Shown here: piece by piece, positions 13,160 through 21,650 of the stretch
Layout of the letters: every line of letters begins with the position of its first letter
Numbering within the stretch: position 1 is the first letter of the stretch
Virus record (IMG/VR): IMGVR_UViG_3300020045_009867
Location: 1 to 39,061 of that record
DNA from: a virus
Taxonomy: Duplodnaviria; Caudoviricetes
Reading direction: 5' to 3' (one strand)
Length of the DNA stretch: 39,061 bases
Translations under genes and position numbers: made by a program
The notes under the pieces: model-generated
Database searches by the model: none
The model's input: only the letters and a program-made list of their open reading frames with translations
What the model was told of the DNA's origin: nothing

Positions 13160-13429
13160 TTAAAACGGAATCGAATCGTCCCCGGAGGGTGAACTATCCT
13201 CCGGTTGCTTTTGCGTCGAACCTTGCCCCGTTTCCGTTCGCGCCTTGGGCTCAAAAAGATTCAACCATAATCCCTTTTCCCCGATTCCGGTAGGAACGTA
13301 TTCCAGTTTGAGCGAAAGCGCCCCCTTGTCGCTCTCGAAAATCGCGCCGACGGTCGTCCACTTAGTTTTTTCTTCCCCGCCCGTCTTGAATTTGGAACCG
13401 TGAACCACATCGTAAAGTTTACGGCTCAT
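13160..13429 (-). CDS. Putative single-stranded DNA-binding protein
   Basis: Small beta-rich domain (KTKWTTVGAIF) with acidic tail ending DDSIPF; follows the recombination genes. Confidence 0.6.
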   Translation of the reverse strand: MSRKLYDVVHGSKFKTGGEEKTKWTTVGAIFESDKGALSLKLEYVPTGIGEKGLWLNLFEPKARTETGQGSTQKQPEDSSPSGDDSIPF

Positions 13430-14433
13430 GCTGTGGCCTCTTTTTCGTTTGCCTTGTGAAGAAACAATTCGCACTCTTCGTCGGTAAAGGTGTCAACCGA
13501 TCCGCTCCACCCAAGGGCGTCCAGAATCTTCACCTTGACCTTGGTCGGGAGTGCATTGACCTTTTTTTGTAAGTCGGTCATTTCCTTTTTGGCCGGCTCT
13601 TTTTTCGGGGGTGGCGGGACGTCTTCCTTTTTGGGTTCGGCCCCGGCGTTTTTCAGCTTATCATTGAGCCCGTCCGATTTTGGCTCAACCTCAAAGGCTT
13701 CTTTGGCCTTAATGTCGCCATTTTCCACGGCGTTATAAATTCCCTGAAGTTCGGCGTAATCGTCGCCGTTCATTTCTTCCATCTTTTTCCCCAGGAATTT
13801 TTCGATGATTTCCTTGCCGACTTCGTGTTTTTTGAAATAGGCAACGATTTTCGGAATGGCTTTTTTGATGGCATCAGGCGAGGTTTTCCCGATGATTTCC
13901 AGGGCCTTATTGATGTATTCGGTTTTCAGGCCAGCCGGGAGAGAGCGCAAAATAACCTCTCGGAGAACCTTGGAGATGTTGGCATTTACGGCCATGTCCA
14001 GTCGGTCGCCGACGAGGGGAACCATTGATCCGCTTCGAGCCCGATAGGATTTAGAAACACGGCGCGAAACGCTGTGTCTGGTGTTTTTTTCCATGTCGAG
14101 GAAAACCGCCCCGATCAGGATTGAATCTTTTTCTTCTGCAAGGATTTCTGCGCCATAGGCAGAATTGCACCAGCGCGAGGCAAGGCTTTCAGCCGCACGA
14201 ATAGAAAGCCCTTGCGCGTAAATCTGCTTGCCGTTGTCATCTTTGCCTACCGGCTTGTTGTAGATTGCGCCAGCGGCGGCAGAAGGATATAGGTCGAGTT
14301 CTTGGAGTGCGTCGGCAAGAATCGCCTTTTCACTTCTCGGGCGTTGCAGGGAAATCTGCATTTGGGTTTGGTTTTCCAGCTTGATGAGCGCCCCACCGTC
14401 TTGAATCGTTTGACTGAATTTTGATTCTTCCAT
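13426..14433 (-). CDS. Putative single-strand annealing/recombination protein
   Basis: Lies between the RecE-like exonuclease and the SSB-like gene; RPRSE...GLSIRAAESLASRW motif seen in phage recombination modules. Confidence 0.55.
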   Translation of the reverse strand: MEESKFSQTIQDGGALIKLENQTQMQISLQRPRSEKAILADALQELDLYPSAAAGAIYNKPVGKDDNGKQIYAQGLSIRAAESLASRWCNSAYGAEILAEEKDSILIGAVFLDMEKNTRHSVSRRVSKSYRARSGSMVPLVGDRLDMAVNANISKVLREVILRSLPAGLKTEYINKALEIIGKTSPDAIKKAIPKIVAYFKKHEVGKEIIEKFLGKKMEEMNGDDYAELQGIYNAVENGDIKAKEAFEVEPKSDGLNDKLKNAGAEPKKEDVPPPPKKEPAKKEMTDLQKKVNALPTKVKVKILDALGWSGSVDTFTDEECELFLHKANEKEATA

Positions 14434-14437
14434 TGTT

Positions 14438-15232
14438 CTACTCCTCGTATTTAATTGCCCATTCGGGGATTGAAATTTCTTGAATTTTGTCCGGGTAAAT
14501 CGGCCAGTTGCCGGACTCGACGCAGGCTTTATACAGCCTTAGAAGCGCCTGGATTTCGAGGCCCGCGGTAATCAAAGACTGGTCTTCGATCCGGTAGACT
14601 CCGACGCCATGGGGGGGAGTTTTTTCCACCGCAATGAATCCGAAAGCTTCGATTCCCTCCCCGTTTGCCGCGCATCCGTTGAGCGTATGGGCGCCTTGGT
14701 AGTGGTATCCCCACTTGACGATGGAGCGGGAAAACTCTCGCAGGCTTGCGTCTTCGGTGGTTTTGAGATCGAAGCAGACGTTGAGAGGGCGGCAGATCAT
14801 GTCGAGTCTGGCCTTGCATTTCACGCCCGTTTCCGGGTCCGTCCAGAAAATGGATTGCTCCCGCTCTTTGGAAAGCTCGATGATTTTCCGGGCCGATTCA
14901 TGCCGATTGATCGACGCGGCCATGGCCCTGATCGTTTCCATTTCTTTCGAGGTCAAAAGCTCTTTCCCTTTGTTCTCGGCCTCGAAAGCGGCCTTGATTT
15001 TCTTGCCTTCGGCTGTCCGACCATCGTAAAGAGGCAGAACCGCAAATTGACCCTGGAACAATTCCGGCTCCAAAACGAACGTGTGGAACGCACTCCCGAA
15101 CGTCAACGCGTCCGATTTGGTGGGGTTCTTTTGGGCTTCCTGGTAATGCCCCGGCGACCGGGCAAGGTGTTTAAATGATGACTGCCTGAACCCCTCCCGG
15201 CTCTCATACTCTTGATACGTCAACTTTTCCAT
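14438..15232 (-). CDS. RecE/exonuclease VIII-like PD-(D/E)xK nuclease (DUF3799-like)
   Basis: SPGHY, FGSAFHTFVLEPE, CKARLD, DLKTT, YHYQGA and FIAVEK motifs. Confidence 0.9.
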   Translation of the reverse strand: MEKLTYQEYESREGFRQSSFKHLARSPGHYQEAQKNPTKSDALTFGSAFHTFVLEPELFQGQFAVLPLYDGRTAEGKKIKAAFEAENKGKELLTSKEMETIRAMAASINRHESARKIIELSKEREQSIFWTDPETGVKCKARLDMICRPLNVCFDLKTTEDASLREFSRSIVKWGYHYQGAHTLNGCAANGEGIEAFGFIAVEKTPPHGVGVYRIEDQSLITAGLEIQALLRLYKACVESGNWPIYPDKIQEISIPEWAIKYEE

Positions 15233-15254
15233 TTTTAATTTTTCTCCTTTTCAG

Positions 15255-15575
15255 CTAAACGGCAGGGAATTTATACAGTTTTGGCCCGGCTTTGCGCGTG
15301 ACGCACCAACAGGCGATAGAGCCCATTTTTCCTGTCCATCGGCAATTAGGACATCCAGTATTCGGAGTCCGCATGGTCTGGATGATGAACGATTTAGCGG
15401 CCAGAACCATCCGCTCGAAAAACCCTGGTTTGTTGGGTTTGGGCTGGCCGTCGCTCAGGCAATGACACGCCTCTTTGTTGGCCTTTACTCCGCCGCGAAA
15501 TACCATTTGAAATCCTCCTCCATGACAGTATGGACAGTTGGATTTCGGTTTCAGGGTGTTTTTTTCTTCCTGCAT
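15255..15575 (-). CDS. Cys-rich hypothetical protein with two CxxCxxxG..CxC units
   Basis: CPYCHGGG...CHC and CPNCRWTG...CWC; AGGAG RBS. Confidence 0.65.
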   Translation of the reverse strand: MQEEKNTLKPKSNCPYCHGGGFQMVFRGGVKANKEACHCLSDGQPKPNKPGFFERMVLAAKSFIIQTMRTPNTGCPNCRWTGKMGSIACWCVTRKAGPKLYKFPAV

Positions 15576-15615
15576 TTCCTATTCTCCTATTGTGCTTTTT
15601 TGACCCAGACAGTTT

Positions 15616-15771
15616 TCAAACCGGGGTTTTCTTTTTGGCCTTTGAAAGTTGTTCCAACTCCCAAAGGAGTTGTTGAGTAAGCGACCGCTTTTCAAGTTCG
15701 GCCTTTGCCTTGAGCCAGGTATACACCGGCTCCGCGATTTTCGTTCCTGGTAAAAAATATTCACGTTCCAT
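15616..15771 (-). CDS. Arc-like ribbon-helix-helix repressor (51 aa)
   Basis: Read manually: MEREYFLPGTKIAEPVYTWLKAKAELEKRSLTQQLLWELEQL...; AAGGAGGT RBS; Arc-type A..E.RSL..Q pattern. Confidence 0.7.
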   Translation of the reverse strand: MEREYFLPGTKIAEPVYTWLKAKAELEKRSLTQQLLWELEQLSKAKKKTPV

Positions 15772-15793
15772 TATTTACCTCCTTTCAAAATCA

Positions 15794-15822
15794 ATAATAT
15801 CAAAAACAAAAGAAATTGTAAA
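15794..15822 (-). promoter_or_regulatory. Leftward promoter of a divergent pair
   Basis: TTTACA, 17 bp, TATTAT with extended -10 TG. Confidence 0.65.
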
Positions 15823-15855
15823 GAAAAAATAATTAAATTTTCAACAAGAAACTTC

Positions 15856-15884
15856 TAGACAGTTAAATAATTTTATGCTATCCT
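15856..15884 (+). promoter_or_regulatory. Rightward promoter of a divergent pair
   Basis: TAGACA, 17 bp, TATCCT with extended -10 TG; AGGAGGT RBS downstream. Confidence 0.6.
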
Positions 15885-15906
15885 TTTTCCAGGAGGTAAC
15901 GCAAAA

Positions 15907-16395
15907 ATGATTCTCGAAATTCCCGCCCCAGCCCATAAAATCTGGGACGCGATCGGCCCTGATTTCTTCAACGGCCCGGCCTCCATTTCTGGGAACAACC
16001 ATCAGCCGGGCACGACGATGGCAGACCACCTTTTGCAAACCCACGCGGTAGGCGTTTCGCTTTGGCGAACCCTGCCGGATGATCTGCGGCACGATGACGA
16101 CCTCCGGCAATCGTTTGAGATCGCTTGCGCCTGCCATGATGTAGGGAAATGCTTGGACCTGGCGAATCACGAGTTTGCAGGAGCCGCTTTAATCGCTCCA
16201 CTCGATCCGACCGCCGCATTAATCGCCGCCCGGCACTCTGGCAGGTGGGGTCCATCGTGGAACGATTTCCGCGCATGGGCGGTATCGAATTGCCTCCTGA
16301 ATGGGAGGAATTTGGAAGTCATCAGGAGCCTTGGAACGCTCTGCCATTTGGCTGATTATGTGGCGAGCCGGAAGGAGTTTAGAGTTGTTGACTAA
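15907..16395 (+). CDS. HD-domain phosphohydrolase
   Basis: FFNGPAS...H...ADH, HDVGK, NHEFAG, RHSG and LADYVAS motifs. Confidence 0.85.
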   Translation: MILEIPAPAHKIWDAIGPDFFNGPASISGNNHQPGTTMADHLLQTHAVGVSLWRTLPDDLRHDDDLRQSFEIACACHDVGKCLDLANHEFAGAALIAPLDPTAALIAARHSGRWGPSWNDFRAWAVSNCLLNGRNLEVIRSLGTLCHLADYVASRKEFRVVD

Positions 16396-16416
16396 TTTAC
16401 AAAAACATGTTATTGT
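16388..16416 (+). promoter_or_regulatory. Putative promoter for rha
   Basis: TTGACT, 17 bp, TATTGT with extended -10 TG. Confidence 0.6.
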
Positions 16417-16443
16417 TAAACGATCAAAAACTAAGGAGCGAAT

Positions 16444-17178
16444 ATGGAACAGGATTTGATTGTTTTGCAAAACAATGAACCAAGAGCCGGAACTTTGATT
16501 ATGAGTCAGGGATTTCAAGTTGAACACCGGGCATTAAAAAGGCTGATAAAAAAATACTATTCCGAGTTTGAAACTTTTGGAGTTATTACAACCGCGTTGC
16601 CGAAACTCGGGAAGAAAAAAGAAGGAAGGCCAAGCGAAGAATTTTTACTTAACGAGGAACAGGCGTTATATCTTGGAACGCTTTTGACCAACAACGAGCC
16701 GGTAAGAAAATTCAAAAGAGCATTGGTTAAAGAGTTCGGTAGGATGAAAAGAACCATTCAAAAGATTTTGTCTCAAAAACAAAACGCTGAATGGTTGGAA
16801 AAAAGAGAAGCTGGAAAGATTTCCAGACGAGAAGAAACCGACACGATCAAAAAGTTTGTTGAATATGCCAAAGGGCAAGGTTCCCAGAGCGCCGAAAAAT
16901 ATTACATGAACATTTCAAAGATGCAGAATCAGGCGCTTTTCTTCCTGGAACAAAAGTATCCGAACCTCCGCGATGTTTTGAGCCTGAATCAGCTTTCAAC
17001 CATCGAGTGTGCTGATAGGATCACGTCAAGGGCCATTGTTGAAGGGATGGAAAGGCTATTGCCCTATAAAGAGATATATCAGCTTGCAAAGGCCAGGGTT
17101 GAAGGATTCGCAGAAATCCACGGCAAGACCTTAATCCCGGCTTTCAATCAGAAAACATTACCAGAGCACAAGGAATAG
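16444..17178 (+). CDS. Rha-family phage regulatory protein
   Basis: FQVEHRAL...GRPSEEFLLNEEQALYLGTLLTNNEPVRKFKRALVKEF plus C-terminal RREETDTIK domain. Confidence 0.85.
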   Translation: MEQDLIVLQNNEPRAGTLIMSQGFQVEHRALKRLIKKYYSEFETFGVITTALPKLGKKKEGRPSEEFLLNEEQALYLGTLLTNNEPVRKFKRALVKEFGRMKRTIQKILSQKQNAEWLEKREAGKISRREETDTIKKFVEYAKGQGSQSAEKYYMNISKMQNQALFFLEQKYPNLRDVLSLNQLSTIECADRITSRAIVEGMERLLPYKEIYQLAKARVEGFAEIHGKTLIPAFNQKTLPEHKE

Positions 17179-17276
17179 TTTGCCCGTCCCACCCCCCATC
17201 TCGGGGAATCCGGAAATTGTCTGAGAGTGCGGGTCGCCGGGGGGAGGACGGGCCTTAAATTATGGAGGAGGAAAAA

Positions 17277-17894
17277 ATGGAAAAGGAAACCAATATGAGG
17301 AAAATTGCGGAAAAGTTCTGCTCAGTCATGCGCCCGCCGCATGAACAAACCCCATGGAACAAAGACGGCAAGACATTAGCGACGTCTAACTATTTCGCCG
17401 TGATGATTGACGGCGAATTTGGAGAGTCGATGGACCCGACAAAAAAATACCCTAATATCTCAGTGGCGTTCCCCACCGACCTTCCGAATGAATTGCCGAT
17501 TCCGTCAGAATTGCCAAAGGTGAAAATGACCCAGTGTAAAACCTGCGATGGGAGCGGGAAAATAATCGAGTGTCTCTCGTGCGACGGTGGAGGTTCGCAT
17601 GCTTGCGATTGCGGCCATTACCACAATTGCGGGGAATGCGAAGGGAATGGTTTTAAGCCATTTATAAAAGACGAGGGCGAAGAAGAAAGCGAAAAATGCG
17701 AAGATTGCGAAGGCTCAGGAAAGTTGGTTAACGACCACGTTGTTGACCTTGGCCCGTTCGCGATGAAAGCCAGTTTTATCCTTTTAGCCGCTTCCTTGCC
17801 GGGTGCAAAGGTGTTTAGGTTCTCGGAGTCTTTTCAGCCGATTATCGTTGAATTTGAGGGTGGGAAAGCCGCTTTCATGGGCGTGAATAAATAG
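17277..17894 (+). CDS. Phage protein with DnaJ-type CxxCxGxG zinc-finger repeats
   Basis: CKTCDGSG, CLSCDGGG, CGECEGNG and CEDCEGSG. Confidence 0.75.
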   Translation: MEKETNMRKIAEKFCSVMRPPHEQTPWNKDGKTLATSNYFAVMIDGEFGESMDPTKKYPNISVAFPTDLPNELPIPSELPKVKMTQCKTCDGSGKIIECLSCDGGGSHACDCGHYHNCGECEGNGFKPFIKDEGEEESEKCEDCEGSGKLVNDHVVDLGPFAMKASFILLAASLPGAKVFRFSESFQPIIVEFEGGKAAFMGVNK

Positions 17895-17921
17895 CCGCGA
17901 GCGCGGGAAAGGGAGGGAAGG

Positions 17922-18371
17922 ATGACCGTAAAAGAACTGATTGAAAAACTCACGAAGGCAGGAAACAGACCGTGTTTTGAGGCGACAGAATTCGCCCTGC
18001 GATTCAAAACGCCGCAAGAGGCTTGGGAATCGTGCGATCGAGGCGACTGGTTCCTTTGGATTTACGCACGTCTTCCGGGGATGGACCGGACATTATTGGT
18101 TAAATGCGCGTGTAAGTGTGCAAGGAGGAGCCTGAAATATATCACTGACAAAAACGAGAAACGACCATTACAAGCAATCGAAGCGGCTGAAAGGTGGGCG
18201 AAGGAACCAAATGAAACAACGGCTCGGGCGGCTGAGGCGGCTGAGGCGGCTGGGGCGGCGGCTGAGGCGGCTGGGGCGGCTTGGGCGGAGCCTGAAAGAA
18301 AAGCCCAGGCGAAGCTCATCCGAAAAATCATCCCGAGCATTAAAAATCTACTGAAAGGATTTGAATCATGA
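17922..18371 (+). CDS. Imm5-like phage protein with Ala-rich repeat
   Basis: RGDWFLW...CACKCARRSL...RPLQAIEAAERW followed by (AAE/G)n. Confidence 0.55.
   Translation: MTVKELIEKLTKAGNRPCFEATEFALRFKTPQEAWESCDRGDWFLWIYARLPGMDRTLLVKCACKCARRSLKYITDKNEKRPLQAIEAAERWAKEPNETTARAAEAAEAAGAAAEAAGAAWAEPERKAQAKLIRKIIPSIKNLLKGFES
18227..18288 (+). repeat. Degenerate 9-nt GGCGGCTGA/G tandem repeat
   Basis: Encodes AAEAAEAAGAAAEAAGAAWA. Confidence 0.8.
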
Positions 18372-18841
18372 CCGAAGCTGAAATCATCAAGGCGTTGAAG
18401 GAAAACACATCTGCTTTTGGATTGCTATTGCCGAGTCTGCAAGAGATGGCCATGAAAATCGGAAAGAAAGATTTCCTTTGTTTCCAAAGGAACTCATGGG
18501 TGCCTTCTGAACCAAGCCGCCCATTTAACTCTGACTCTACATACAGACTTGACCCCGACTACGATCCGCCCCGCGAAGAGTGGGGATGGGTGGAATTTGA
18601 AATTTTCAAAACCGAAACGGTATTGGGAGTAAATGAATACCGTTTCAGATATGCCAAAAGTCACACCATGGATATATGCTATGCCGCAGCTGTTGAGGGT
18701 TTCGGCGGGATCAAATACCGATGGCCGCATGAGGAGTACCTAGATACCGACTTTAGGATGTCCTACCCAGGAGCCACGGCAAAGAATGGCCCAGCCGCCC
18801 CGATCAAGATTCGCTTCTGGCGCAAGAAAGGAGGCGCGTGA
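18368..18841 (+). CDS. Hypothetical protein
   Basis: ATGA-coupled ORF in the early gene string. Confidence 0.65.
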   Translation: MTEAEIIKALKENTSAFGLLLPSLQEMAMKIGKKDFLCFQRNSWVPSEPSRPFNSDSTYRLDPDYDPPREEWGWVEFEIFKTETVLGVNEYRFRYAKSHTMDICYAAAVEGFGGIKYRWPHEEYLDTDFRMSYPGATAKNGPAAPIKIRFWRKKGGA

Positions 18842-19140
18842 TGGGTATAGCTGCATATAATCGAGGGTCCGAAGTTATATCTAGGGAATTGGGGGAAACA
18901 GACCTGAATGGACTTTTCATGCGAGACCTTAACGCCCTTGAAAAGTATCCTGATGCTGGGACCCCGCCCAATGGCAAGTTGTTGATTGTCCCATTCGGAG
19001 GCGGCTGGTCGATAGGTCCGGCAGACCCAGGGCGATTTAGTTATTTTTACAGGTCGATTCGAGAATTGGTTCGGCGCTGGAAGGTCGAAATCACAGGGAT
19101 TGCCCCAAGCGGTTTTGTGGCAAAGAAAGGCGGCGCGTGA
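18838..19140 (+). CDS. Hypothetical protein
   Basis: Coupled ORF with AGGAGG RBS. Confidence 0.65.
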   Translation: MMGIAAYNRGSEVISRELGETDLNGLFMRDLNALEKYPDAGTPPNGKLLIVPFGGGWSIGPADPGRFSYFYRSIRELVRRWKVEITGIAPSGFVAKKGGA

Positions 19141-19433
19141 TGGCTGGTGTATTTGACGGATGCATTGGATGTGACCCGAGGAAAGATAGTTTGTTCCCAG
19201 GGGAGACGATAGGGATTCTTTGCCCCGACTGTCGCGAGGCGTTGGAGTTGGGGCGGGCGGTGAACGAGATGAAACGAGGCCAAGAAATTCGTTTTCGCCG
19301 ATATGCTGATGGGTTTCAGGTTACTGTTTCTGGGTTCGACTTCATCGGGTCAGGGTATGAAACTCATCAGAGTCACGGTGAAACCCCACTCGCCGCTCTC
19401 AGGGCGGCACTAAAGGAGAAGAAAAATGGCTAG
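19137..19433 (+). CDS. Hypothetical protein with CxxC...CxxC
   Basis: Coupled ORF; CIGC and CPDC. Confidence 0.6.
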   Translation: MMAGVFDGCIGCDPRKDSLFPGETIGILCPDCREALELGRAVNEMKRGQEIRFRRYADGFQVTVSGFDFIGSGYETHQSHGETPLAALRAALKEKKNG

Positions 19434-19599
19434 TTACTGTGCATTTTGTGGCACCACCGTTTACGAGGACGAGGGTCCGGCGTTTTGCTCCTCTGAATGT
19501 CGGAAGGCATATGAGCAAGGATTTCGTCGGGTTGGCAATAACGCGGAAAAGAAACCGGAATATGTGGATGTTCCTGCGGCAAAGGAGAAGAAAACGTGA
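19426..19599 (+). CDS. Small zinc-ribbon protein (57 aa)
   Basis: Read manually: MASYCAFCG...FCSSEC; AAGGAG RBS. Confidence 0.65.
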   Translation: MASYCAFCGTTVYEDEGPAFCSSECRKAYEQGFRRVGNNAEKKPEYVDVPAAKEKKT

Positions 19600-19928
19600 G
19601 CGAGAAATTACTTCCATGCCCGTTTTGCGGCAGTAATGTTGAGTTGGATTATTACGATGGGGTGCCTGTAGCTCAGTGTCCCTCCTGCGAAATTGGTATA
19701 ACCCATGATTCTGAGGCCATTAAGAAATGGAACACCCGCGCCCCTGACCCCAAGGTTGCGCGGCTGGTGGAGGCGGCGAGAACAGCTCTTGCTAATTCGC
19801 CGTGTCCTGGGGAGATGGATTTGTATGATATAAGCCCGTCCATAGCGAATGACTGCACCGAAAAAAGATGTTGGCACAGAGAGCTAATGGACGCTCTCGC
19901 GGCGCTCGAGAAGGAGGGCGAGGGATGA
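19596..19928 (+). CDS. Lar-family restriction alleviation protein
   Basis: LLPCPFCG...CPSC...EAIKKWNTRA. Confidence 0.8.
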   Translation: MSEKLLPCPFCGSNVELDYYDGVPVAQCPSCEIGITHDSEAIKKWNTRAPDPKVARLVEAARTALANSPCPGEMDLYDISPSIANDCTEKRCWHRELMDALAALEKEGEG

Positions 19929-20098
19929 AAATAAACTGGGAAAAATACACGGTAAGAACCTGCATGAGCCTTCATGAGTGTAAGCTTTGCTCTGAAAAAA
20001 TAACTCTCGGAGAAATTTACTACGATGGCGGGTATGGACGAAGGGCGCATGTCGCGTGCGTTGAAGACCCAAAGGAGGCACCCCGTGAGCAAAAATGA
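19925..20098 (+). CDS. Small zinc-finger protein
   Basis: HECKLC..I..GE.Y...HVAC; ATGA overlap. Confidence 0.6.
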   Translation: MKINWEKYTVRTCMSLHECKLCSEKITLGEIYYDGGYGRRAHVACVEDPKEAPREQK

Positions 20099-20384
20099 GC
20101 TTATGACCGAAATCGCCATCGGAATAACCATCATCGTCTTTCTTGGCGGAACAATCTTTTTAACGGCGAAGGCCATTGACCAAAGACGCAAGACCGAAGA
20201 GGCTATGCAGGAAGCCGAAGAAGCCCTTACGCAACTTGAAAAGTCCGTGAAAGAGCTTGTTGAGGACAGGCGTTTCCCGTTCACCGGCGCGACCTTCACG
20301 GCTCCGGTATCGGGTTATTACACGTTTAACAATGCGTCGGAGGCAATTTTACTGAAAGAGGGTGAAGCATATGAGCAAAAATGA
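20085..20384 (+). CDS. Small membrane-anchored coiled-coil protein
   Basis: TM segment IAIGITIIVFLGGTIFL followed by a coiled coil; AAGGAGG RBS before GTG. Confidence 0.6.
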   Translation: MSKNELMTEIAIGITIIVFLGGTIFLTAKAIDQRRKTEEAMQEAEEALTQLEKSVKELVEDRRFPFTGATFTAPVSGYYTFNNASEAILLKEGEAYEQK

Positions 20385-20712
20385 GCGGTGGACACCAGGA
20401 CCGTGGGTCTGGGTTGAAAATGAAATGTGGTCAAAGCCAGAGCACGACAAAAAGTTAGCCTCTTTCGAGACTCCGGAGGACTACTACCACGCCGAGCCAA
20501 TAATAGAAACGGACAGTGGTTTTTATGGCCCCAAGGGTCAAGACCGGGATTTAATCGCCTCCGCCCCGGAGCTTTACGAGGCCCTGCAAAAGTGCGCGGA
20601 GAAGTTCAGAGAGTACGAAGGACTAAGCGGATTTAACGGAGAGAAAACGAAATTCGGAGAACTGGCCGAACTCTGCGAGGCGGCATTGAAGCGTGCGAGA
20701 GGTGAAGCATGA
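20371..20712 (+). CDS. Conserved phage hypothetical protein (TPGPW...LIASAPELYEAL family)
   Basis: Motif common in phage early genes. Confidence 0.75.
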   Translation: MSKNERWTPGPWVWVENEMWSKPEHDKKLASFETPEDYYHAEPIIETDSGFYGPKGQDRDLIASAPELYEALQKCAEKFREYEGLSGFNGEKTKFGELAELCEAALKRARGEA

Positions 20713-20930
20713 GTGAACTTACACAAACCCCATTCGACACCAGACAACCTCAAGGCATGGGTGTGCCGAGGGGGTGCGTGCGGCTGTTTGCTAGTGCTGA
20801 GGCGCTAACTGACAGACAATCTCGGCCACACGTCTACGGTTTTCATGGCCCGTTTTCATGTGGTGAGTGTGGCTGTCAATTCGTCGGATTCCGCGTTCCA
20901 CCCGAGATGGTGGGGACGTTCAGGTATTGA
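20709..20930 (+). CDS. Hypothetical protein
   Basis: ATGA-coupled 73-aa ORF. Confidence 0.4.
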   Translation: MSELTQTPFDTRQPQGMGVPRGCVRLFASAEALTDRQSRPHVYGFHGPFSCGECGCQFVGFRVPPEMVGTFRY

Positions 20931-21045
20931 AAACTACCGGCTTGCCCGGATCGGCTGGCGCAAACCAGCATAACGGCCTAATTTGGCCGCGACAGCGTAG
21001 AGGGTGACGGGGCTCGCGCCCCCGATCCCGACGCAGGAGGAGAAA

Positions 21046-21648
21046 ATGAAAGTTTTAATAGCGTGTGAATTCAGCGGGGTTGTTAGAGACGCTTTTAATT
21101 TGCTTGGTCACGAAGCATGGTCTTGTGACCTTCTCCCAACCCAGTCGCCCAGCAGATACCACCTTCAAGAGGATGTTTTGGGTGTTCTTCATTTTGGTTG
21201 GGACTTGATGATCGCCCATCCACCTTGCACCTATCTTTGCAGCTCGGGGCTTCATTGGAATAAAAAACGGCCAGAAAGACAAGCTCTCACGAACCAGTCT
21301 TTGGAGTTTGTTCGGAAGTTGCTTGATTCTCCAATCCCTAGAATCGCCTTGGAAAATCCAATCGGTTGTATTTCTACCAAGATTAAAGCCCCAACTCAAA
21401 TTATTCAGCCATGGCAATTCGGACACCCGGAATCCAAAGCAACGTGCTTGTGGTTGAAGGGGCTTCCAGTCTTGGTGCCGACAAAAATTTTAGCCGTCCC
21501 AGAAAGGGGAAGATGGGACAACCAAACCGATTCTGGACAAAACAAGTTACCCCCTTCAAAAAACAGGTGGGCGTTGAGGAGCCGGACTTATCAAGGCATT
21601 GCCGAAGCAATGGCGGTTCAGTGGGGCGGCAAATTGAGGAGCATGTGA
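21046..21648 (+). CDS. Phage C5-cytosine DNA methyltransferase (short type)
   Basis: MKVLIACEFSG, WSCDLLP, DLMIAHPPCTYL, ALENP, QPWQFGH and RSRTYQGIAEAMA. Confidence 0.85.
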   Translation: MKVLIACEFSGVVRDAFNLLGHEAWSCDLLPTQSPSRYHLQEDVLGVLHFGWDLMIAHPPCTYLCSSGLHWNKKRPERQALTNQSLEFVRKLLDSPIPRIALENPIGCISTKIKAPTQIIQPWQFGHPESKATCLWLKGLPVLVPTKILAVPERGRWDNQTDSGQNKLPPSKNRWALRSRTYQGIAEAMAVQWGGKLRSM

Positions 21649-21650
21649 AA

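Noticed and set aside
15579-15764. 61-aa ORF from the ORF track
   Set aside because: The overlapping frame 15616-15771 has the strong RBS, an ATG and an Arc-like sequence, so it is the better call
15907-16395. HD protein as Cas3 or part of a CRISPR system
   Set aside because: No helicase, other cas genes or repeat-spacer array anywhere in the window
17182-17253. tRNA gene
   Set aside because: Similar length, but no T-loop GTTC motif, D-arm or cloverleaf; kept only as a generic structured element
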